Source of the DNA: Bacillota bacterium
GTDB lineage: Bacteria > Bacillota > DTU025
Length of the DNA: 51,982 nucleotides
Assembly: GCA_035351775.1 (NCBI GenBank)
Contig: DAOPWT010000001.1
Coordinates: forward strand, 1-51,982
Direction of reading: 5' to 3'
The notes under the pieces were generated by a model, which worked only from the letters and a program-made list of their open reading frames with translations, was not told where the DNA came from and searched no databases. Shown piece by piece: positions 1 through 7,312 of this stretch (the stretch's first letter is position 1; each line of letters opens with the position of its first letter). Both the position numbers and the translations under genes were made by a program.

Positions 1-41
1 GGCAGACCGTGGAGCTCAGTGTGACGCTGCGCGAGTTCTAG
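1..41 (+). CDS. 3' end of an unidentified CDS (partial, enters from the left edge)
   Basis: Frame 3 is open from the window edge to TAG at 39-41 (..QTVELSVTLREF*). A strong hairpin follows at 68-100. Too short to identify. Confidence 0.25.
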   Translation, partial: QTVELSVTLREF

Positions 42-67
42 GCTAATCATACCGCCAACATAGGTCA

Positions 68-100
68 TCAGACGCTGGCCTGCTTTCGGCCAGCGTCTGA
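68..100 (+). terminator. Hairpin downstream of the partial CDS (13-bp stem, 7-nt loop)
   Basis: TCAGACGCTGGCC-TGCTTTC-GGCCAGCGTCTGA is a perfect 13-bp stem. No clear T-tract follows, so an intrinsic-terminator role is only probable. Confidence 0.5.
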
Positions 101-139
101 CTGTCAATTGGGCGATTGGGCGTGTGGATTTCGGCCTGG

Positions 140-650
140 TGGCCAATGATCGGGACCATGGTTGCGGACCATGGTTGCGCCGGTATACTTCTGGAGGTAT
201 CCGAGCAGGGATATCAGCAGGTTTTGACGGTAGTTTGGGTCGATGTACTCAATTTCTGAGTACATCCAGTTGGCCGGTGAGCAGATAGGACTGCCCGGGG
301 CCTATTTGGAGGCTGATGGTATCCTATTATGTGGCGAATGACTGGTGTTGCACGCCATCATCCACGCGCAATTGCCAAGCTCCACCATATTATGGGACGT
401 ACTGGTAAGCGCTTCTCCGGCTTCGACGGTCGCGCGCGCCGTATACCCCCCAAATCGCGCGATCTACGGGTCATACGGCAGCCATCCGAAATCGATGTAC
501 TCGATTTTTGCGGCTATCTCCGAAACTGACGTCAAAAATCGAGTACATCCCAGCTCCAGCTGCTTTGACGCCTCATGCCCTTCATTAGGCCAGCTGAGCG
601 CTGTTTTCGGCGAGCATGGCCCTTTCTTGCCTCCGTCCCCTCGCGAAATA
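140..650 (+). repeat. Copy A of a hairpin-rich dispersed repeat (candidate structured RNA or MITE-like element); contains a 143-bp nested insertion
   Basis: Aligns by eye with the reverse complement of 6600-6985. Block 222-335 vs rc(6776-6889) is about 84% identical over 114 nt by hand count. Block 578-632 matches rc(6623-6676). Contains the palindrome GATGTACTCA-ATTTC-TGAGTACATC (242-266) and conserved stems with variable loops. Confidence 0.8.
435..577 (+). repeat. 143-bp insertion present only in repeat copy A; carries a perfect 17-bp inverted repeat
   Basis: Copy B runs straight from CTTCGACGACCGCG into CCCTTCATTAGG, whereas copy A has 143 extra nt between them. The insert holds GATGTACTCGATTTTTG (494-510) and CAAAAATCGAGTACATC (533-549), a perfect 17-bp stem with a 22-nt loop. 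It shares the GATGTACTC..GAGTACATC core of the host repeat. Confidence 0.75.
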
Positions 651-685
651 CCCGACCGCCGAGTCGCCCCGGCTCGCGGGACGGC

Positions 686-820
686 TTGAGTCGCCGTCCT
701 TTCTGTGCTAAGCTTTCTTCAGCCGCTGACTGTAGTCAGCTCGTGCTGTAATTCCCAGTTTATGGCCGAGAACAATAGTACCATGAAGGTACTAGTCCTC
801 CGAACGAGGACCGTATCGTC
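686..820 (+). promoter_or_regulatory. Candidate sigma-A promoter plus structured 5' leader of the ECF S-component gene (possible riboswitch or RBS-sequestering element)
   Basis: TTGAGT (686-691), 17-nt spacer, TGc-TAAGCT (706-714). Three perfect 6-bp hairpins follow: GCTGAC/GTCAGC (725-740), AGTACC/GGTACT (777-793) and GTCCTC/GAGGAC (795-811). The last hairpin contains the only SD-like GAGGA, 10 nt before ATG 821. Confidence 0.4.
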
Positions 821-1384
821 ATGGTATTTTTGTGTTTGGGGGTAAGAGAGTTGAGCGGATCTGCAACCAAGAAACTCGTGTTGGCAGCGTTGTTCCTGGC
901 CTTGGGCCTACTCATGCCATTCCTCACAGGACAGATTCCCAACCTGGGGTCGAAGCTGTTGCCGATGCACCTGCCCGTCTTGATCTGCGGTTTTGTGTGC
1001 GGTTGGCCGACAGGGCTGGTTGTTGGCCTGATCACGCCGGTCTTTCGCAGTCTCATCTTCGGCATGCCGCCGCTGTTTCCGGCAGCAGTGGTCATGTCCT
1101 TTGAGCTGGCCGCATACGGTTTCGCAACCGGCTGGTTCCGTCGGCTGTTGCCCAAGACAAGCGTTTTTGTGTATCTCACGTTGATCTTGTCCATGCTGCT
1201 GGGCAGGGTTGTCTGGGGCGTGGCCAGCATGCTGATTCTGGGCTTCGCCGGTCGCGGGTTTACCTGGAAGGCCTTCATGGCGGGCGCGTTTGTGAATGCG
1301 CTGCCCGGCATCATCTTGCAGCTCGTTCTCATCCCGGTAATAATCATCGCCCTCGATAGAGCCAGGCTGACTGATGATATCTGA
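821..1384 (+). CDS. ECF-type transporter substrate-specific (S) component, about 6 TM
   Basis: 187-aa hydrophobic ORF. The motif GQIPNLGSKLLPMHLPVLICGFVCGWPTG is typical of ECF S-components (ECF_trnsprt-like). No EcfA/T genes are adjacent. An alternative TTG start at 851 is possible. Substrate unknown. Confidence 0.75.
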   Translation: MVFLCLGVRELSGSATKKLVLAALFLALGLLMPFLTGQIPNLGSKLLPMHLPVLICGFVCGWPTGLVVGLITPVFRSLIFGMPPLFPAAVVMSFELAAYGFATGWFRRLLPKTSVFVYLTLILSMLLGRVVWGVASMLILGFAGRGFTWKAFMAGAFVNALPGIILQLVLIPVIIIALDRARLTDDI

Positions 1385-2039
1385 CGGCGACCAACTGCAA
1401 GAGGTGCTCCTATGGCACCAGCAGCGCTATCCCAGGATGCAGATTCAGGACCTGGTGAAGCTGGCCTATCAGAACGAGTTTGCCGGCGGGCACATGATCG
1501 CCGACGCAGCGATCAGCCTGCAGCGTCTGCGCGCGGAATTCCAGGCGATCGCCGGCAACTGCAGCGGTGAGAAGCCGGACGAGGTTTTCGTCGGCATCGG
1601 GAATGGTCTCTGTCGGCTGCAACTTGCAGCCATAGAGAGCACCGGCATCCATCTGACTACCGTCAACCAGTTCTTCGTCAATACTGCCCGATCGAGGCGC
1701 GGAGATCTCACCAGTTTCGAACATAAACTGGAGGTGCTCCGCGCCTGCTGTCAGGCGGGCAGCCTCCCACATTCGCCGGCTGACCTTGACGCTTTCTTGC
1801 TGGCCTACCGGGCGCAAGGCTATCCAGCGATCAGCCATAGCGCGGTCTACCGCGACCACTACAAGCCCGCATACCGGGTGGTCGACTCAGTCTGCCGAGA
1901 TCACTTCGCACTCTTCTGCCGGATTGATGCGCTACTAGAATCGCAGGACACTGTGTGCATCGCTATTGACAGCCCGAGCGGCTCTGGCAAGAGCGGACTC
2001 TCCGCTCTGCTGGGCCAGGTCTATGACTGCAATCTCTGA
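1374..2039 (+). CDS. Kinase-like protein with an N-terminal domain of unknown function plus a Walker A; apparently 3'-truncated (uridine-kinase/PRK-family P-loop cut short)
   Basis: The start overlaps the S-component stop, suggesting translational coupling. The ORF ends IAIDSPSGSGKSGLSALLGQVYDCNL*, only 10 codons after the P-loop. No continuation is seen in any frame of 2040-2229. Confidence 0.45.
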   Translation: MISDGDQLQEVLLWHQQRYPRMQIQDLVKLAYQNEFAGGHMIADAAISLQRLRAEFQAIAGNCSGEKPDEVFVGIGNGLCRLQLAAIESTGIHLTTVNQFFVNTARSRRGDLTSFEHKLEVLRACCQAGSLPHSPADLDAFLLAYRAQGYPAISHSAVYRDHYKPAYRVVDSVCRDHFALFCRIDALLESQDTVCIAIDSPSGSGKSGLSALLGQVYDCNL

Positions 2040-2229
2040 CGGCTCTGACTCAGGGCAACCCTCCGATTTCGAACCAAGGCCAAGCAGTAGTGGAATGGTT
2101 TGGCATCAAAGTACAGCGCTGCCAGGCAGGATTTATCGAAGGACCGTCAAATGGTCACGATGCGTTTCGTTGCACGCAGATTGTTCACGCCATGCGCGAG
2201 ACAGCTATACTCCTAAGGAGGGCACAATC

Positions 2230-4689
2230 TTGAGACGCACGCGTCATGCCGTTATCCTGGCACTTGCCGTATGTCTACTTGCGGCTAGCCTCTCACCCCA
2301 TGCACGTGCGCAGGCAGCAGTTGCCGGCGAGAAGACCTACATAGAGCTGATTCTGGACTCTTCGATCAGCATGAGCGCCCGAGTGGAGGGCTGGAAGTCC
2401 AGAATGGACGTGGCCAAGGCCGTCATGGAGCAGCTCATCCGCGACCTTCCGGACGACCCCAATCTCATGGTGGCGCTCAGGATCTACGGGGCCGAGCTGC
2501 GACCGAACCTGACGCCGTGCGAAGATACGGTGCTGGTTCAGCCCTTCGCTCCCGTGGCCAAGTCGCGGCAGAATATGATCGACCAAGTCAAGTCGATGAA
2601 GGCCAGGGGCATGACGCCCATCGCCCTCTCTTTGGAGCAGGCGGCCCGGGACTTCCCCGACAAGACCGCCCGCAACATAATCGTCCTGATCACCGACGGC
2701 GAGGAAAGCTGCGGCGGCGACCCGTGCGCGGTCTCCGCCCGGCTGCAAGCAGATGGATTCGTCATGAAGCCGTACGTGGTGGGGTTCGCCCTCACCGAGA
2801 AGCAGGCCGCTCTGGTGCGCTGCATTGGCGAGTACTACTCGGCTTCGGATACAGCATCGCTCAGGCAAGCTCTCTCCACGATCATGGCCCGCGCCGTCGC
2901 TCCGGCGCACATAGAGGTGCAGGCCTGGGCGGGCGCGGTCAACGTGACAGCGCAGGCGCAAATCGAGATCGTGAAGTCCACCGGCGAGGTCGTGCAGTCG
3001 ACCCGCACCGCGCAGGACCCCCCTGTCGTGCGCGCGCAGGTGGATGAGGGCCAGTACACAGTGCGCGGTCGTCTCATCGTGGGGTCGCAGGTTCTGACGG
3101 CCCAGGCCGTGGGGATTGCCGCGAAACCCGGGCAGACCAGCCTGGTGAGGCTGGACTTCGGTCCGCTGGATGGCAGGGTCCGCGTGACCGCCCGCGCGTC
3201 CGGGCAGGACGTTAGCGGCCGCGTCGACATACGCGTGCTGAAGGCGGGCGCGCCCATCGCAGCGAGCTGGGCCGGGATTCCGCCCACCACGAATCTGCCG
3301 GCGGGCGACTACACAGTCATCGTCACCCACAGGCAGTATCCCGAGCTCACCCGCACGGCGGCAGCCACAGTCCGGGCCGGCCAGGACACCTACGTCGACG
3401 TGGACCTGGGCGAGCTGCCGGCGACGCTCGAGGTGACGGTGACCTACCGCGGAGCGGTCATATCCAACCTGTGCCAGCTGAGCGTGTTCGCGCCGGGGCA
3501 GGCAACGCAGGTGATACGCAGCACAGCTGACGGACGTATGTTCCGTTGGACCTCAACTCCCGGAACCTATGACCTCAGTGTGATGTACCGCGATCTTGTC
3601 ACAGTTGAGAAGGGCGTTCCCGGCGTGCAGCTGGCAGGCGGCCGAACGACCAATATCACCGTGACCCTGGACGACCTCCTCGGCACGCTCCGAACGCACG
3701 TCGTGGCGGGCGGGCGCGATGTAACCGCCGATTCGCACGTGACGGCGGCGGGCCGCGACGGCCAGATCGAACTGCCCTACATGGCGGACGCGCGCCAGGC
3801 GCTCGTGACGCCGGGCGTCTACGCCGTGACCGCGGTCTACTGCGACTCCGAAAGCGATATGTATGAAACCTACGTCAAGCCCGGGGATATCACGGATCTG
3901 ACCCTCGAGGTCAAGTTACCCGGCTTGATCGCGATAATCCCCACAATCGAGGGCAAGCCCATGAGGACCGACAAGCTCCGTGCATGGGCGAGTCTTGACG
4001 GAGTGTCAGTCGGCACTGTCGCGATTCAGCCCGATAGAGTCGAGTTGACTGTGCCGGAAGGCGCCTACACCGTTGTGGGCGAGATATCCGATCCGTTCGC
4101 CCAGCGCAGGGAGGCACCCAAAGTACAGGTGCGGGCAGGCGAAACGGTTCAGGTCAAGATGGACTTCGATCCTGCGGGACTCCTACGCGTCAAGGTTATG
4201 TCCGATGGAAAGCCCCTCACCGAAGCCAAAGTGATGGTGTACCTAGACGGCAAGGGTGGCGGGATGTGGATGAATCAGGTAGACAAGGGCGTATGGGAGA
4301 TGAAGATCGCCGAAGGCACGCACGATATCATGGTCCTCCCGAATGCTGAGGGCTCGAAGTCGCAGCGAATCTCCGGCATAGAAGTTCTCAGCGGAAGCAC
4401 CGTGGAAAAAACCGTCACCGTGGCCGGCAAGGGACTCCTCCGCATCAAGCTCGTCTCCGATGGGAAGCCCTTCACCGAGGCCGTCGTGTTCGTACAGTTA
4501 CACGGTAAGGGTGCCTCGGTATTGATAAAGCAGGTAGGCAAGGGCGTATGGGAGATGGAGGTCGCCGAAGGCACCCACATCATCTCCATTGTTCCAAGCG
4601 CTAAGGGCATGAAGTCGCAGGGGATTCCCGGAGTAGAAGTCGCCAGCGGCGCTATCGTTGAGGTCGTCTTCGACGTCAGTTCTCCTTGA
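2230..4689 (+). CDS. Secreted von Willebrand factor A (VWA) domain protein with multiple Ig-like/carboxypeptidase-regulatory-like beta repeats
   Basis: TTG start at 2230, 7 nt after AAGGAGGG. Signal peptide RRTRHAVILALAVCLLAASLSPHARAQA. MIDAS motif DSSISMS. The rest is a long beta-rich, repeat-containing region. The last two ~85-aa units (4176-4430 and 4431-4686) form a clear tandem duplication. Confidence 0.85.
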   Translation: MRRTRHAVILALAVCLLAASLSPHARAQAAVAGEKTYIELILDSSISMSARVEGWKSRMDVAKAVMEQLIRDLPDDPNLMVALRIYGAELRPNLTPCEDTVLVQPFAPVAKSRQNMIDQVKSMKARGMTPIALSLEQAARDFPDKTARNIIVLITDGEESCGGDPCAVSARLQADGFVMKPYVVGFALTEKQAALVRCIGEYYSASDTASLRQALSTIMARAVAPAHIEVQAWAGAVNVTAQAQIEIVKSTGEVVQSTRTAQDPPVVRAQVDEGQYTVRGRLIVGSQVLTAQAVGIAAKPGQTSLVRLDFGPLDGRVRVTARASGQDVSGRVDIRVLKAGAPIAASWAGIPPTTNLPAGDYTVIVTHRQYPELTRTAAATVRAGQDTYVDVDLGELPATLEVTVTYRGAVISNLCQLSVFAPGQATQVIRSTADGRMFRWTSTPGTYDLSVMYRDLVTVEKGVPGVQLAGGRTTNITVTLDDLLGTLRTHVVAGGRDVTADSHVTAAGRDGQIELPYMADARQALVTPGVYAVTAVYCDSESDMYETYVKPGDITDLTLEVKLPGLIAIIPTIEGKPMRTDKLRAWASLDGVSVGTVAIQPDRVELTVPEGAYTVVGEISDPFAQRREAPKVQVRAGETVQVKMDFDPAGLLRVKVMSDGKPLTEAKVMVYLDGKGGGMWMNQVDKGVWEMKIAEGTHDIMVLPNAEGSKSQRISGIEVLSGSTVEKTVTVAGKGLLRIKLVSDGKPFTEAVVFVQLHGKGASVLIKQVGKGVWEMEVAEGTHIISIVPSAKGMKSQGIPGVEVASGAIVEVVFDVSSP

Positions 4690-4747
4690 CGTTAGGTTCA
4701 GCATGACAGCGCTCGAGCGCCGGATTGCTCAGCGCAGGTATACTGAG

Positions 4748-4779
4748 GGGCGAGGCTGGCAGCCTCGCCCTTCGCTTTT
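4748..4779 (+). terminator. Rho-independent terminator after the VWA gene
   Basis: GGGCGAGGC-TGGCA-GCCTCGCCC followed by TTCGCTTTT. Confidence 0.8.
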
Positions 4780-4862
4780 CACGGTCTGTCTTGGGGCATA
4801 CTCATATGGATGCTCGCCGCTCAGCGGACGATCAGTCATCACACGCGGAGAAGGAGGCACCA

Positions 4863-6557
4863 GTGCACGTGGACATTCAGGATAGTCACGGCGCTTCGGA
4901 TGGGCAGCAGATAGCATGGCGAGGTTGGGGCAGCCAGCCGTTCGACGAAGCACGCGCCGCGGAGAAGCCAGTGCTTCTGTCGATATCTGCGTCGTGGTGC
5001 CACTGGTGTCATGTCATGGACCGAACAACCTTCTCCGACCGCGATGTCGCAGCTCTCGTCAACGAAGCGTACGTCCCCGTACGCGTCGACACTGATGTGC
5101 GCCCGGACGTGAACTCCCGCTACAACATGGGCGGATGGCCGACGGTGGCCATTCTCGATCATGACGGACACACACTGGCAGGCGCGACGTACGTGCCTCC
5201 CGACCGGATGCTGGAGTGGCTAGGCCGGGTATCGCGAGCCTACCCTACACTGACGCGCTCCGGCATGGGCGGAGATCATGAGATGGTCAAGGATCGCCAG
5301 CACGAACTAGACTACGACGGCGAATACGATGACGTCGGCACTTCCGACCGCGAACCCGACCTGGACCCCTATTACGATGTGCTGGGCGATTTGATGGCTT
5401 CCTACGATCCTGTGTATGGCGGGTTCGGAGACGCCCCCAAGTTCCCCATGTTCGAAGCGATCAACCTCGCGATTCTCGCGTACCGTGTCAGCGGCGATGG
5501 CTCGTACAGACAGGTCTTCGAGCATACGCTGCGTGCCATGACCTCGGGCGGAACCTACGACAAAGTAGAAGGCGGTCTCTTCCGATATTCCACAGTCCGC
5601 GACTGGAGCGTACCTCATTTCGAGAAGATGCTGCTCGACAATGCGCTTCTCCTCCATACTCTGGCAAACGCATATCAGGCGACACAGAATTCGGAGTTCG
5701 CCGCCGCTGCGCACAGCACTGTCAGCTACATGAACTCCGTCCTGTTCCAGCCGAACATCCCGGCATGGTCAGGCTCGCAGGACGCTGACGAGGAATACTA
5801 CGTTCTGGCCGCCGCCGAAGAGCGCGCTCGCCGCACCCCGCCGCGAGTCGATACCCGCATATACGTTGACTGGAACGGTCGCGCATCCGCAGCCATGATC
5901 ACCGCCGGGCGCGTGTTCGGCGAACCCGAATGGACCTCGCGCGGGGTGCACGTCCTCCGCGCCATCGTCGACAGATGCCTCGACCCGCAGCGCGGCCTGG
6001 CACATCTGTACGATGGCGAACCTCGCCTGTTTGGGCTAGCCCACGACACGATTTCCGTAGGCGCTGCCTGCCTAGATGCGTTCGAGGCGACGGGCGACCA
6101 GAGTTGGCTTGAGCTGCCGTCTACGCTAGCCCAGTCGCTCATCGCAAGCCACGCCGCGGCGCGGTACATTCGAGGAGCAGCAGGGCTGGTTTCGAGGATT
6201 CCCAACCCCGATGACCCGCCGGCCTTCAAAGAGCCGGCACGCGACTACCAGGAAAACGCTTATGCTGCTATCTGGTTCGTACGGCTGTCCCGCGCACTGC
6301 GCCGCGTCCTGAACGCCGACGATGATCGCGCCGCAGACAACGGCTCGCAAGGTGTGTGCACCGCCCCCGGAGTCTGCAGCATGCCCAGCGCGCCTAATGC
6401 ATCAGGCGAAACCGCCGAGATCGAGATTCTGAGCGCTGCGAACTCATGCCTTGCCTGCTGCCGAGCGAACTATGGAGATCATGGCCTTATGGCTTCAGGC
6501 TACGCCCTCGCACTTGGCCATCTCGCGCTGTCGCCCAACCGCAGCCTGTGCCCGTGA
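4863..6557 (+). CDS. Thioredoxin-domain protein of the DUF255/YyaL family (thioredoxin fold plus alpha/alpha-toroid-like C-terminal region)
   Basis: KPVLLSISASWCHWCHVMDRTTF..GGWPTVAILD is the DUF255 thioredoxin-like signature. GTG 4863 (or 4869) follows a strong AAGGAGG at 4851-4857. The upstream part of the ORF overlaps the terminator. ATG 4806 is an alternative start. Confidence 0.8.
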   Translation: MHVDIQDSHGASDGQQIAWRGWGSQPFDEARAAEKPVLLSISASWCHWCHVMDRTTFSDRDVAALVNEAYVPVRVDTDVRPDVNSRYNMGGWPTVAILDHDGHTLAGATYVPPDRMLEWLGRVSRAYPTLTRSGMGGDHEMVKDRQHELDYDGEYDDVGTSDREPDLDPYYDVLGDLMASYDPVYGGFGDAPKFPMFEAINLAILAYRVSGDGSYRQVFEHTLRAMTSGGTYDKVEGGLFRYSTVRDWSVPHFEKMLLDNALLLHTLANAYQATQNSEFAAAAHSTVSYMNSVLFQPNIPAWSGSQDADEEYYVLAAAEERARRTPPRVDTRIYVDWNGRASAAMITAGRVFGEPEWTSRGVHVLRAIVDRCLDPQRGLAHLYDGEPRLFGLAHDTISVGAACLDAFEATGDQSWLELPSTLAQSLIASHAAARYIRGAAGLVSRIPNPDDPPAFKEPARDYQENAYAAIWFVRLSRALRRVLNADDDRAADNGSQGVCTAPGVCSMPSAPNASGETAEIEILSAANSCLACCRANYGDHGLMASGYALALGHLALSPNRSLCP

Positions 6558-6599
6558 GTGCATGTGGCCTCTGCCGGCTCCGGTGATGGGAGTATCAGT

Positions 6600-6985
6600 C
6601 AGGTATGCCCACAGTGGATGTAGGCACGAAGGCGCCATGCTCGCCGAAAGTCCCGCCCAGCTGGCCTAATGAAGGGCGCGGTCGTCGAAGCCCGCAAAGC
6701 CATTACCAAGGTGCCCCATAATATGGGTATATATGCCAACGACCCACAGCCGATGGTGCTTACTGCCCGCTACTTGCCACATAATGGGGCATCATCGGCC
6801 CCCGAATACGCCCCTGGCAGTCGTGTCTGCTCACCGGCCACCCGGATGTACTCAAAAGTTGAGTACAGCGACCCGAACTATCGTCAAAATTTGAGGGTAT
6901 CGCCTGCGGGATACCCCCGGGGGTATATCGGCGCAACCACGGGTGCGACGACGGACTGTACCGGTCGAGTCGGCCATCACCTCAA
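6600..6985 (-). repeat. Copy B of the hairpin-rich repeat (inverted relative to copy A, lacks the 143-bp insertion)
   Basis: Its reverse complement aligns with 140-434 plus 578-632. Contains the palindrome TGTACTCAA-AAG-TTGAGTACA (6847-6867) and the stem GGGTATC/GATACCC. Confidence 0.8.
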
Positions 6986-7312
6986 GCGAGGCAAACACAT
7001 GCTCAGCAGATGCCGATACCGCTTGGATCGAAGCAGCGTTCTCCTCATCCAGAGACGCCACTGTGCTCACATCCTGCGCACCTGGCCGGCCTCTGCCAGC
7101 ACACTGGCGAACTCCGCACTCGCCTACCTGAGTTTCTCCGCGCCGCACGGATCGTCCGGTTGCAGCAACACCGCCTTCATGGCATCCGACACCGAAAGAT
7201 CGACGAACTGTACCTCCTCTGCCAGCTCCAGGCGGTGATACGCACGAGACGCGAGCCTCGCGGTGGTCTTGCCGAAATAGACATCTCCCGGTAGCCAAGT
7301 AGCGAGGCACAC
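6960..7312 (-). pseudogene. Frameshifted gene remnants, including a methyl-accepting-chemotaxis-protein-like C-terminal fragment
   Basis: Minus-strand frames give ..STVASLDEENAASIQAVSASAEHVFASLEVMADS. This resembles the MCP signalling-domain C-terminus pattern VA..EE..AS.EE.SAS.EEL. Short stop-interrupted pieces precede it (..SAEFASVLAEAGQVRRM*, ..GDVYFGKTTARLAS..EKLR*). There is no room for a full gene before the divergent ABC gene at 7456. Confidence 0.4.

Noticed and set aside
242-266. The GTACTCAA..TTGAGTAC palindromes as HspR HAIR operators (which contain ACTCAAG/CTTGAGT half-sites).
   Set aside because: The half-site order and spacing are inverted relative to HAIR (CTTGAGT-N7-ACTCAAG). 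The sites are far from any heat-shock gene and are embedded in a repeat family.
329-529. Small ORF retained in both repeat copies (A: MWRMTGVARHHPRAIAKLHHIMGRTGKRFSGFDGRA..; B, minus strand 6666-6782: MWQVAGSKHHRLWVVGIYTHIMGHLGNGFAGFDDRALH*).
   Set aside because: It has no SD, about 40% amino-acid identity and no excess of synonymous changes. The conserved nucleotides coincide with hairpin stems and ATTATG(K)GG motifs. It is kept only as an alternative explanation in the repeat finding.
1966-2229. 88-codon N-terminal extension of the VWA ORF, which would overlap the kinase-like gene.
   Set aside because: The extension has no signal peptide or domain. A TTG with a strong AAGGAGGG SD at 2230 immediately precedes a classic signal peptide.
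2293-3330. 345-aa ORF antisense to the VWA gene, plus similar long antisense or alternate-frame ORFs (13364-14290, 15354-16127, 17385-18275, 33254-34126, 41022-41939, 43170-43928, 44039-44833, 45927-46646, 47686-48309, 49280-49897).
   Set aside because: They lie entirely within well-supported genes on the other strand or frame. They have Arg/Pro/Gly/Ala-rich low-complexity compositions typical of high-GC shadow ORFs and lack SD sequences. The long ORF antisense to dnaK is a known codon-bias artefact.
140-6985. The inverted repeats as recombination sites of an invertible (phase-variable) 6-kb segment.
   Set aside because: The copies are only about 50-85% identical depending on the segment, with a 143-bp indel. 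No recombinase or invertase gene is nearby. The enclosed genes have their own promoters and terminators in one orientation. Independent insertions of a dispersed element seem more likely, though inversion is not formally excluded.
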